Shown here one piece after another: positions 41,501 through 54,095 of a stretch of 64,000 bases of DNA. A program made the translations under genes and the position numbers. Within the stretch, counting starts at the first letter, position 1, and each line of letters starts with the position of its first letter. The DNA is from Octopus sinensis (Eukaryota): the NCBI RefSeq assembly GCF_006345805.1, contig NW_021833426.1, forward strand, positions 47,194 through 111,193. The letters are read 5' to 3'. The notes beneath the pieces were generated by a model. That model did no database searches and was not told the DNA's origin. It saw nothing but the letters and a program-made list of their open reading frames with translations.

Positions 41501-41809
41501 ATATCTATATCTATACATCTATATCTATAATTATATCTTTATATGTAATATGTGTGTAAGTATATGTATATGTATGTATGCGTATCTATATGTGCGTGTG
41601 TGTATGTATGTATTTATGTATGTATATGTGTACGTGTGTGTACGTGCGTGTATGGGCGTGTATGCACACATACACAATCCCATCCGAAGCTACACATCGA
41701 ACTCCCTCAGTCATTAAACCTTGAGCACAAAGCTTAAGTGGTGCAGCCCCAGCATGACCACAGCTATATAAATGAAACCAATGGAAGTGTGGTGTGTTGG
41801 TGTGTGTTG

Positions 41810-41842
<33 letters not shown>

Positions 41843-41847
41843 CGTGT

Positions 41848-41892
<45 letters not shown>

Positions 41893-42239
41893 CGGCCCAT
41901 TCATATGCACAGACTATCACTAACTACGTATTACTAGTTCTACAACTATAAATTAGTTTACATAGACACATCTTACCCCCACCCGCACACCTACACACAT
42001 ACGCAGTCTTCCAAAATCAACAGATCCTTATATAACCTGCCAATAATTGTTGCTACCTCCACAGTCGTGCAGAGGCCAGTCCAGGGCAAAATTCTGAGCA
42101 GACTGTCAACTTTTGATATGATAAACGTCTATCAACTCTACCCAAAATATAACTGATAATGTTTGAATTCCGCAAAACACACACATACGTGAGTGTGTGT
42201 TTGTTACATATAGCTTATATACTCTTTACTCTTTTACTC

Positions 42240-42635
42240 TTTGACTTGTTTCAGTCATTTGACTGCGGCCATGCTGGAGCACCGCCTTTAATCGAGCAAC
42301 TCGACCCCGGGACTTATTCTTTTGTAAGCCCAGTACTTATTCTATCGGTCTCTTTTGCCCGAACCGCTAATAACGGGGACATAAACACACAGCATCGGTT
42401 GTCCAGCAATGCTAGGGGGACAAACACACACACAGCACACACACTATATATATTATATATATATATACATATACATATATACGACAGGCTTCTTTCAGTT
42501 TCCTCCGTCTACTAAATCCACCACAAGGCATTGGTCGGCCCGGGCTATAGCAGAAGAGACCCTTGCCCAGATGCGACGCAGTTGGGACTGAACCCGGAAC
42601 CATGTGGTTGGTTAGCAAGCTACTTACCACACAGC
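42240..42635 (-). mobile_element. SINE family A
   Basis: Family match. Confidence 0.85.
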
Positions 42636-43406
42636 CTATATATATATATATAATATACGTTACAACAAAATTCTATATCCTGGATATAGTTACCCAAGGT
42701 TCGCATCCATAAGCCTTGTAGACAGCTCTCCAGACTCTATATAAAGACAACTTTTACGTCTTTATATAGTCTGACTAGCCGTCCACAAGGCTTTGAGTTC
42801 GTAGATGTGAAACCTTTGGGAACTCCATGTCCAAGATATAAAATCATGTTGTAACAATTACTTACTATTTGCCTATTCTTTATGTGTGTGCTTCTTTCTG
42901 ATATGTATGTATTTTTAAAAATTAACTATATATATATATATGAACAGATCGCTAGCCACTACACATTCTTTAGTTTCTCTCCTTGTTTCTTTCTGTGTTC
43001 CTTTTCTGTGGAAGAGCGTAGGTTCGAAACTCAAAGGCTTTTTCACTCCCCTAGCGTTATACTACATCTGTTTGTTGTCTACAACACCAGTCTTTTGTTT
43101 TTTTTGTGAATTCTCCCGATATATATATATGATATTATATTATAACATTTAACAATAAAACATATGCATACATACATACATACATGTACATACCTACATC
43201 TATATGTATATATACATGCATATATATATAAATTGAGATAGCAGGACACCACCAATAAATGTAGAACACAACGAGAAACGAAAGCATAAAACACAACAAG
43301 GAAACGGACTTTTTTTAACAACGAAAAAAACAGAGTTCAAGACAAACAATACAAGGAATATTCCCCCTTCATCAGCTGCCCCTGGTTCGACTCAATGCGT
43401 GTTTCG

Positions 43407-43438
<32 letters not shown>

Positions 43439-43439
43439 A

Positions 43440-43880
43440 ACAAGTAAATAAGTAGAAATCGAACTGGCGTGTGTGTTTAAATAATGGGGCATTAAAAGAG
43501 GATGACTCTCTCGAGACACAATAAAATATGCTTCAGTACATGGATTTACACAGAGAATCTAGCAAACCACATACAAAACCTCTCTGTCTGTATATCTACC
43601 CCCTTTATAATGTTAGCAATTAACATGGAAAGAAGTATATGTATTGATGGAAAACCTCTATGAATGGCTGATGATTGCTCAACATTTTAAAACTGATGTA
43701 ATTCTTACAATGTTTAATAAAATGATGTAGCGAGAAACGATCGTACCAAATTACCGAAGATATTCTTGTTGCTTACTTTGACTATAATCACCCCATGGAT
43801 TTATATGGATAATACCGTACAAAATTCTGGTGTATCTGACTTAAGTACCATATTCATTTGAATCTAAATTTTGTTGAACT
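43440..43880 (+). mobile_element. Solo 3' end/pLTR of a related Penelope-like family
   Basis: Shares attcttgttgctt, tataatcaccc and gtaccatattca blocks with the pLTR at 30625-30865; TA-flanked. Confidence 0.75.
43665..43748 (+). ncRNA. Type I hammerhead ribozyme
   Basis: tgg-CTGATGA-ttgct...agcga-GAAA-CGATCG-TA-cca. Confidence 0.75.
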
Positions 43881-43911
43881 TATATATATATATATATTAC
43901 TCACATTTACT

Positions 43912-44295
43912 TTTTTTACTTGTTTCAGTCATTTGACTGCGGCCATGCTGGAGCACCACTTTGATCGAGCAACTCGACCCGGGACTTATTCTTTTGTAAG
44001 CCCAGTACTTATTCTATCGGTCTCTTGCCGAACCGCTAAGTAACGGGACCTAAACACACCAGCATCGGTTTTCAAGCAATGCTAGGGGACAAACACAGAC
44101 ACACAACACACACGCATATATATATACATATATACCTGGCTTCTTCAGTTTCCATCTACCAAATCCACTCACAAGGCTTTGGTCGGCCCGAGGCTATAGT
44201 AGAAGACACTTACCCAAGGTGCCACACAGTGGGACTGAACCCGGAACTATGTGGTTGGTAAACAAGCTACTTACCACACAGCCACTCCTGCGCCC
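43912..44295 (-). mobile_element. SINE family A
   Basis: Family match. Confidence 0.85.
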
Positions 44296-45141
44296 ATAAT
44301 TTATATATATAAATCATAATTATGATTTCAGATGGACTTATAAACAATTAGAATTTACTGCTTAGTTTGAACACTTTTATGTAAATCGGTTATACACAAA
44401 GCCCCTCTTAACATTTTCTTATCATTGTTAGAGATTCTATACCGGCCTCCCCTCTCCACGCCACCAGTGTTATCCAAGGGAAAGGCAAAGGCCGATACAG
44501 CTTGGCATCTGTGACATCGCAACTCATTTCTACAGCTGAGTGAACTGGAGCATCGTAAAATAAAGTGTCTTGCTCAAGAACTCAACACGCAGCCCGGTCC
44601 GCGATTCGAACTCACAACCTCACGATCGTAAGCTCGACGCTCTAACCACTGAGCCATGCGCCTTCACGGTGTTGAGCATAATAAGTCTATTAAATAGTAG
44701 AGGACTCTTCACCACCGTTAGCAACGATACCTGAACTCGTTAACTCAACCAATATCATCTACATTCAGTTTACTGAGCACAAAAATGAAACGCTATTGAA
44801 TAACGTTGAATCTGTCGCTAACTGCAGAAGGAAAAGCTTTTTCTACGAGTCAGAGATCTTTTATTTGTTTGCTTAAAACTTTAGTATAAAAAGAAATGTG
44901 GAGCTACCTGCCAAGAATTAAATACAATAGACATGGCTAGCAACATTAAATTCCGTCAGCTTTCTGGAACAAACTTAACTGATATTAAGAATATTAATAG
45001 ACGCAAAAGTTTTATTTTGTTTGAGGGGATAAAACAAAAAATCTTTACGAATTAGAAATAAGATACGTATAAACAGCTTCTAACCAAGTGTATCACCATA
45101 ATGCATTAAGAATCTATCTTACATACGTGTAGTAATAATAT

Positions 45142-45530
45142 GGAGGCGCAATGGCCCAGTGGTTAGGGCAGCGGACTCGCGGTCATAGGATCGCGGTTTC
45201 GATTCCCAGACCGGGCGTTGTGAGTGTTTATTGAGCGAAAACGCCTAAAACTCTACGAGACTCCGGCAGGGGATGGTGGTGATCCCTGCTGTAACTCTTT
45301 CACACACACAACTTTCTCTCACTCTTACTTCCTGTTTCTGTTGTACCTGTATTTCAAAGGGCCGGCCTTGTCACTCTCTGTGTCACGCTGAATATCCCCG
45401 AGAACTACGTTAAGGGTACACGTGTCTGTGGAGTGCTCAGGCACTTACACATTAATTTCACGAGCAGGCTGTTCCGGTTGATTCGGATCAACCGGAACCC
45501 TCGTCGTTGTAACCGACGGAGTGCTTCCCC
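45142..45530 (+). mobile_element. SINE family B, long form, with target-site duplication
   Basis: tagtaataatat on both sides. Confidence 0.9.
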
Positions 45531-45739
45531 TAGTAATAATATAAAAATGGGACAACAAACTTATAACTCGCAAACTTGAATTAGACAATAGATTAGACTG
45601 TTTAGCGAAACACAAAGTTTATATAACACTCGAAGACCATAAAGAGAATTTTATTCTAACCAAAAAAAAAAAAAATGCTGTTTAATCAATCCTGCTAAAA
45701 GTGAAACCGGATTCAGTAACGAATACACTTAAATAATAT

Positions 45740-46445
45740 GGAAGCACTCCGTCGGTTACGACGATGAGGGTTCCGCTTGATCCGATCAACGGAACAGCCT
45801 GCTCGTGAAATTAACGTGCAAGTGGCTGAGCACTCCACAGACACGTGTACCCTTAACGTAGTTCTCGGGGGAGATTCAGCGTGACACAAAGAGTGACAAG
45901 GCCGGCCCTTTGAAATACAGGTACAACAGAAACAGGAGGTAAGAGTGGAGAGAAAGTTGTGGTGAAGAGTACAGCAGGGATCACCACCATCCCCTGCCGG
46001 AGTCTCGTAGAGCTTTTAGGTGTTTTCGCTCAATAAACACTCACAACGTATAGAGTATATGCAGTAATGTAACAAATGTCTGAAAGCGAACAATGTATGA
46101 GTCAGATACATGCTTGTGTGTGTATGGAGGGGAGAAAATCAGGTGTAGTGTTGGCGAATCTCAGGAAGCATGGAAGTTTTGAAGGATGCAGTGCTCCGAC
46201 AACTAACAACTGATGCCCGCAGTTTGTTCCATGCTTCAGCAACTCTCAGCGTGAAAAAATGTTTCCTAAAGTCATGGGAGCTGTGCTGTTTTCTGACTTT
46301 GTAAATATGTCCACGGGTGTTAACGGGTGGAGTTTGAAAAGGTGCTCAGAGTTATTGTTTGTAAGATGGTTGAAATCCAAATCCCGGTCTGGGAATCGAA
46401 ACCACGATCCTACGACCGCGAGTCCGCTGCCATTGCGCATCCACC
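45740..46445 (-). mobile_element. SINE family B interrupted by an inverted CR1 fragment
   Basis: SINE breaks at cacaacg| (46048) and resumes at |cccggtctggg (46383); flanks share cacttaaataatat. Confidence 0.85.
46048..46384 (-). mobile_element. CR1-type LINE 3' fragment, inverted copy
   Basis: Reverse complement of ~46697-47037. Confidence 0.85.
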
Positions 46446-46696
46446 ACTTAAATAATATTAAGTATAAAATTAGGAGAGCAGCAATCTTCCGTTAATGGAG
46501 TAATAGCAGTACCGTTATTAGCTGGGTTTTAGATCAACAATAATAGTGTGTTCGCATTCATTATATTATACAGGCTCAAATTTTAATCTTAGATCTTTAC
46601 TGACCAGTGCTCTAGATTTTTCCAAGACCTATGATACTATAAACGTCAGATATTTTTATGCATGTCTTTAAAACTTTACTGTTCGGTAAAAACTGG

Positions 46697-47102
46697 TTGG
46701 ATTTGGATTTCAACCATCTTACAAACAATAACTCTGAGCACCTTTTCAAACTCCACCCGTCTAACACCCGTGGACATATTTACAAAGTCAGAAAACAGCA
46801 CAGCTCCCATGACTTTAGGAAACATTTTTTCACGCTGAGAGTTGCTGAAGCATGGAACAAACTGCCGGCATCAGTTGTTAGTTGTCGGAGCACTGCATCC
46901 TTCAAAACTTCCATGCTTCCTGAGATTCGCCAACACTACACCTGATTTTCTCCCCTCCATACACACACAAGCATGTATCTGACTCATACATTGTTCGCTT
47001 TCCAGACATTTGTACATTACTGCATATACTCTATACGCACTTCCTAACAAGTTGTGGTGCACCTGAGCACTGTATACAATAATTTCATTATTATTATTAT
47101 TA
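46697..47102 (+). mobile_element. CR1-type LINE 3' end with (ATT)n tail
   Basis: TRGHIYKV..RKHFFTLRVAEAWNKLP..VV..FK is the typical CR1 ORF2 C-terminus. Confidence 0.88.
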
Positions 47103-48029
47103 TATAAAAAAAACGCAAGCCCGACAGTTTGTCGAACAACATTTTGCGATTCTGTATAACCTAGATTCACTTTAAAATAAATTCAGATTACAGATATAAG
47201 CCTCTGTAGTGACAATAGGTTGGCCCTTTCATAGCACGTCAGTAATCACGTATTCAACCAGCGTAAGAAAGAATTCATAAACCCCTTTAATAATTCTGAT
47301 CAGAAGATAATTATAACCACTAACTTAAGCACAGATAATTCCTGAAATGTCATAATCAACCTAACGACAGAGAAGTATTATCCATACAGCATACTGAACG
47401 GAAAGTTCTCGTACGATAATATAGATTGCAGTCATGTCCGACCAGAGTTTTTAAAAACCTAATCATTTTGACATTGACTGAAAACGTTAACATGTTCTCT
47501 AATAAAGAACTATTTGTCATAGCTGGACCTTATGAAATTAATTCTGCAGAACGTAGTAAGCATAATGATAGGGTAAATGTATCTCTGCCCCTTGACATAT
47601 TTAACCTTCTGTCTACCAATGGGTCCAATGGAACCATTTCAGTTTTTTTTCAGCTGCTTTTTCCTATTGTTTATATTATTTGAATCTGCTGATTTCTCGT
47701 GATTGTTATTTTTACTTGACACTTTTATTTGTCAAATGGGAAATTTTCCGTTTGCTTATAAAAGCTAGAAAATTTCACTTTATACATTAATTACCGTATG
47801 GGTCCATTGGACCCTCGGATTAAATTCAGACAATAATCTTGTCAGTCTAAACAGAATAAAAGCAGTATCAAATATTATTTTAGATATTTATCAGATAAAA
47901 TAGATGGAATTGTATTCAATTATTTGCTGAATTTATTAAAAAATAGGAAAAATTATGAAAACGTTCCTGTAAATTTGTGATATTGCATCACCCTCAATCT
48001 GCTAGGCTATAGGGTGATGCAATATTTCT

Positions 48030-48517
48030 ACGTGATCGGCAATTTCCAGCGATTTCGGCGATTCCGGCAATTTCCAGCGATTTCCGGCAATTTCCCCCAA
48101 AATTTCCGGCGATTTCGGCAATCTCCGGCGACTTCGGCAATTTCCGGTGATTCCGGCGATTTTCGGGAAATTTCTGCAATTCCCGGTGATTTCAGCAATT
48201 CCGGCGATTTCGGCAATTTCCGGCGATTCCGGCAATTTCCGGCGACTTCGACAATTTCCGGCGATGTCAGTAATTCCCGGTAATTTGCTGATATTTCGGC
48301 GATCTCCGGTGATTTCGGCACTTTCCGGTGATCTCCGGCGATTTCGGGCAATTTCCGGGCTGTCTCCGGCAATCACGGGCTATTTCCGGCAATCTCGGGC
48401 TGTATCCGACAATCTCGGGCTGTATCCGACAATCTCGAGCTATTTCCGGCAATCTCGAGCTGTCTCCGGCAATCTCGGGCCTGTCTCCGGCAATCTATGT
48501 TGTTCTTCCATTTTATT

Positions 48518-48557
<40 letters not shown>

Positions 48558-48609
48558 CATATATAAGGAACAATGTATATTTTTGAGCTACTATACACAC
48601 ACATATTTA

Positions 48610-48648
<39 letters not shown>

Positions 48649-49995
48649 TTATAGTCAGTGGACTCTGACCATGCTGGATCACCAACTGGAAGGATTTAAT
48701 TGAACAAGTTATTTTAAAATCTGGAACTTATCGTATCGTGTTCTTCTATTGTTCTATCATGTTCTTCTATTATGGTGACGTAAGGAATTCAACGACAATT
48801 GTCAATCGGTAGTAGGGACAAACAATTGTCAGCAATTTCCGGCAATCTCGGGCTCTTTCCGGCAATCTCGGGCTCTTTCCGGCAATCTCGGGCTCTTTCC
48901 GGCAATCTCGGGCTCTTTCCGGCAATCTCGGGCTATTTCCAGCAATCTCGGGCTATTTCCAGCAATCTCGGGCTGTCCCCGGCAATCTCGGGCTATTTCC
49001 AGCAATCTCGGGCTGTCTCCGACAATCTCGGGCTATTTCCGGCAATCTCGGACGGTCTCTGGTAATCTCGGGCTATCTCCGAAAATCTCGGGCTATTTCC
49101 GGTAATCTCGGACTGTCTCGGGTAATCTCGGGCTGAAATCGCCGGAAATTGCCGAAAACGCCGGAAATTGCCGAAAACGCCGGAAATTGCCGGAAATCAC
49201 CGAAAATTGTCGGAAATCAACGGAATTGCCGGAAATTACCGGAAATTGCCGAAATCACCGGAGATTGCAGGAAATCAATGGAATTGCCGGAAATTGGCGG
49301 AGATTGACCAAAATTGCCGAAATCGCCGGAGATTACCGGAAATCGCCGAAATTGCCGGAGATTGCCTGAAATTGCCGGGGATTGACGGAAATTGCCGAAT
49401 TCGCCGGAGATTAGCGGAAACCGCCGAAATCGCCGGAGATTGTCGGAATCGCTGAAAATTGTCGGAAATGAACGGAATTGTCGGAAATTGCCGGAAATCG
49501 CCGAATTCGCCGGAGACTGACGAAAATTGCCGGAGATTACCGGAAATTGTCGAAATCACCGGAGATTGCCTGAAATTGCCGAAATAGCCGGAGATTGACG
49601 GAAATTGCTGAAATCGCCGGAGAATACCGGAATTTGCCGAAATCACCGGAGATTGACGGCAATTGCCGAAACCACCGGAAATTGCCGAAACCACCGGAGA
49701 TTACCGGAAATTGCCGAAATCACCGGAGATTGCCGGAAATTGCCGTAATCGCCGGGGATTGACGGAAATTGCCGAATTCGTCGGAGAATACCGGAATTCG
49801 CCGAAATCGGTTGAGATTGTCGGAAATCGCCGGAGATGGCCGGAAATCGCCGGAGAATGCAGGAAATCGCCGAAATCACCGGAGATTGCAGGAAATCGCC
49901 GAGATCGCCGGAGATTGCCGGAAATCGCCGAGATCGCCGGAGATTGCCGAAAATCGCCGAGATCGCTGGTGATTGCCGGAGATCGGCGGAGGTTT
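48030..49995. repeat. CpG-rich CCGG satellite blocks (48030-48495, 48830-49135, reversed 49136-49995)
   Basis: Visible; orientation switches at ~49135. Confidence 0.92.
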
Positions 49996-50191
49996 CCGGA
50001 CACTTTATATATATGTATATATACATATATATACTACACACAAACAATTTAAGAAACACAGTATATAAATTTATGAGCTAGCATTTTTTTAACACGTCTA
50101 GTCCCTTCACGCAATTCACAGGTTCTGCCCACGTGGCATATGGAGTACATTTTTTGTTTATCTTACCCACACAGAACAGTTCAAGATATAT

Positions 50192-50244
<53 letters not shown>

Positions 50245-50428
50245 ATATAATAACACATACACACATATATATCTATACACACACACACACACATATACAT
50301 TTGAGGACTATAAGGGTTTAGTTCACTGCTGATCTAAACCAATAGGTAGGCAGCGTAATTGCTATAATTAGTCGTCCGTTGGGGCTGGAGCTAGGGATCC
50401 GTAACAGGCTTCCGAGCCATCAGGTATA

Positions 50429-50830
50429 AATGGAAAAGGAAAACAAAGCCAAGGAAGGACGAGTATCTCAGGTCATTTAGAATATTTAATTAAAGTAAGG
50501 TGAATCAAACATGGACAAGTACAAGTAACTAATGTCTTACAGCTGTTTCTGGGATATCCCAGGTGATGGTTCAACATCTCCATACACTGAGTATTCCGAC
50601 ATCCGAGACAAAGTATGTATGCAGGAAAATTCCAGACAGGGAATTCTCAATCTGGAACTTTCCTGCATCCGTACGTTGTCTCCAATGTCGGAATACCCAG
50701 TGTATGGAGATGTCATCCCATCATCAGCTGTAAGAAATTAGTTACTTCTACTTTTCCATTCACCTTTAATTAAGTATTCTAAATGACCTGAAATGCTCGT
50801 CCTTCCTTGGCTCTACTTTCCTTTTCCATT
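50429..50830. repeat. Imperfect fold-back palindrome (~400 bp)
   Basis: aatggaaaaggaaa..gccaaggaaggacgag pairs with ctcgtccttccttggc..ttccttttccatt; centre ~50640. Confidence 0.88.
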
Positions 50831-50833
50831 AAT

Positions 50834-50892
<59 letters not shown>

Positions 50893-51284
50893 AAATAGAA
50901 TTAAAAACTACCGAACGTTTGTATTATATGGTTAAAAATATATTAAAATCGTCATGTTAGGAAAATATTATAAAATATTGTGCATAGTGACATTGTTTTT
51001 GGAGAAATAACCGGTTTCGCATTTTCTTTACAAATTTCTAGGCAGATAGACAAACAGATAGACAGACTAGTTCTTAGTTCACTTTGAACTTAACCAATTT
51101 TGGATTGCTCTGATAATGTTGTCTAAGCATATATTTACGGATATATAAATTTCACTGATATTTTCTGTATCTAAATATGTTCACGCAACAGAAACGATCC
51201 TTGGTATTGTATGGTGTAATCATATTACATCATCATTCAGGAGGGTATATGTATGTGGAAGAGCAATATCTGCCTTTAGTCTGC

Positions 51285-51865
51285 TATCAAGTTTCAGTCG
51301 AGCTTTCCTAGACTTGAAAACTTAAGTGAATACCAAATATCGTAAAGCTTATTGGAATTAGATGAAGAATGGGAAGAAGACAGTAGTGATTCCTTCTATT
51401 GCTCTGAAGATGATGGTAAAAGTGATTGTGTGCTGGACAGTTTAGGTTCTGTGTCATCAGATGATGAAGATACTCAAAAAACAATTATCTACAAATCACC
51501 CTATTATGAATAAACAATGTTTCTAGAGACAGACAAGAAGTTTGGCATTCTAATCCTCTTACTCAAGCAGCAGTAAGAACTTCATCTTGCAATATTGTGC
51601 ACCAAGAATCTGGACCATCCTGTTTTGCTAAGAGGTCTTGTGATAGCATTGAAACATGTTTTACTATCTTTATGCGCCAGAATCTTCTTGAAGAAATTCG
51701 TAAATGGACAAATGCTGAAGGTCAGGTTGTTTACAAAGATACATGGAAAGAAATTGATCACTCTGAACTAAAGAAATTTATTGGACTCATTATTCTTGTA
51801 GGTGCTTATAAATCTAAACATGAAAATATCTATGTTATGGGGTCAAGAAGATGGCCGCTCAATAT
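51285..51865 (+). pseudogene. piggyBac-type transposase N-terminal fragment
   Basis: Acidic N-terminus then SRDRQEVW..NIV..SGP..F..LLEEIRKWTNAEG..WKEID..ELKKFIGLIILVG.YKS; frameshifted; truncated before the DDD core. Confidence 0.82.
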
Positions 51866-52223
51866 TCGTCGTCGTAACCGACGGAGTGCCAATTGATTGA
51901 TAAACCCCAGATTGAAGTAAGCATGGAGTTAAAAGGCTTTCTTGGAATACTTGAAGGCTGTTGTTCAGTGTGGCTGCTGCCCAATGTCTGGAACCAACGA
52001 AAGAGGAGAAAATGTTCACATTGTGGAAATACAACAACTTAACATTTTCTTCCCTTAAAATGCTCAAGATGGCAGAACTAAATATGAGATGAAACAAATC
52101 TAAGATTTCCGATTCCCTAAATCTGTGTATTACTTCATATCTCATTCACAGACATCAATGATATCTCTGTGCCTTTGTAACTCTGTATCGCTGTATCATT
52201 GATATCACCTTATCTCAGAGTCT

Positions 52224-52520
52224 GTGGAGGCGCAATAACCCAGTGGTTAGGGCAGCGGACTCGCGGTCGTAGGATCGCAGTTTCGATTCCCGACCGGGCA
52301 TTGTGAGCATTGAGCAAAAAACATCTAAAGCTCCACGGGGCTCAGGCAGGGGTGGTGGTGAACCCTGCTGTACTCTCTTACCACAACTTTCTCTCACTCT
52401 TTTGTTTCTGTTGTGCCTGTGTATTTCAAAGGTCCAGCCTTGTCACACTCTGTGTCACGCTGAATCTCTCCGAGAACTACGTTCAGGATACACGCCTGTG
52501 AAGTGCTCAGCCACTTGCTC
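52224..52520 (+). mobile_element. SINE family B followed by a family D 3' part (52530-52720)
   Basis: Family matches. Confidence 0.8.
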
Positions 52521-52734
52521 GTTAATAAATGAGCTGCGACGTCATGGTGCCAATCTGTATCGGCCCCTTTGCTTTTCCCTTGGATAACATTGGTGGAGTG
52601 GAGAGGGGGAGGTCGGTATGCATGGGCGACCGCTGGTCTTCCGTAAACAACCTGCCCAGATTTGTGCCTCGGAGGGTAACTTTCTAGGTGCATCCCATAG
52701 TCATTCATGACCGAAGGAGGTCACAATCTCTGAG

Positions 52735-53110
52735 TCTATGTATCACTGTATCTCTGCAGTTCATTATGTCGTTGGGTCATGGTGTCTGAGTATCACTGTA
52801 TCTCCGTATATCACTCTGACTTTTTATCACTGATATCTTTGTATCACTGTGTTAGTGTTAGTGTTATCACTGTGTTTCTGTATCACTATATAACTGTATC
52901 ACTGATATCACAACCATGTCAATACACCTCTGAAATATTTATAACACTGATATCTCTGTGCCACTGTATCTACATATGAACTGTATCACTGATATCTCTA
53001 CACCTTTATGTTTCTATATCACTGTATCGCTTTATTTCTGAGTTATTGTATCATTGTATCGCTTATATCTACTAATATCTCTGTATCCCTGATATCTCTG
53101 TGTTTCTGCG
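52735..53110. repeat. Degenerate ~10-bp repeat TATCACTG(A/T)
   Basis: Repeated tatcactgta/tatctctg units, also at 52150-52222. Confidence 0.75.
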
Positions 53111-53424
53111 TATCTCTCATCATCCTTTCATACATACACACATACACACGCAGATGCGCATACAGGCAAAACACACATGACCATGAAATACGAAATTGAG
53201 AAAACAATTATGCAAAAAAAGGTAGAGTAGATGAAAGAAAGAGGAGAGTGTTGTTTTAGGCAATTAGTACAGTTAATTAGTTTGTTAATAAATGATTGAG
53301 GTGGGGGAGAAAATTGAAGTGTGGTATCTCAATCATAACGGTCCCTGCACTAATTTCACTTCATTAATGCCCTTAATGAAATAATGACCACCACAACATC
53401 GTATTTTGTCTCTATATGTACCTA

Positions 53425-53464
<40 letters not shown>

Positions 53465-53633
53465 ATATATATATATAGTGTGTGTGGTGTGTGTGGGTGT
53501 GTGTGTGTGCCGAATCTATCTATGAATATGTGTATGAGAGAGAGAGGGGCAAAGACAGGGAAAGACGGACAGAGAAAGAGAACTGAAAGACAAATAAAGC
53601 AAGGAGAGAGACGGACAAAGAAAGGGAGTGACT

Positions 53634-53669
<36 letters not shown>

Positions 53670-53889
53670 AACAGACAGACAGAGAGGGAGAGAGAGAGAG
53701 AGGTGATTATTAGTTTTATTATTAATTCATGGCTGACGACAGGAAGTGTCCTCAGTCATCATCGTTCAATTAGTTTATTTTCAATATGTTGCAATCTGGC
53801 AGTAACACTACTAATACTACAACCAATACATCATAGATAGAGCCTATACTGCCAGTAATACTACCACCACTACTCAGACATATTCTAAT

Positions 53890-54095
53890 GTTGATTTCGA
53901 AGTTTGTCACAAGGCCAGCAATTTCGGGGAAGGGAGCAAATCGATTACATCGACCTCAGTGCGTAACTGGTACTTAATTTATCGACCCCGAAAGCATAAA
54001 AGGTAAAGCCGACCTCGGCGGAATTTGAACTCAGAACGTAAAGACGAACGAAATAGCGCTAAGTATTTAGCCCGGCGTTGTAACAATTCTGCCAG
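53890..54095 (-). mobile_element. SINE family C
   Basis: Family match. Confidence 0.82.
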
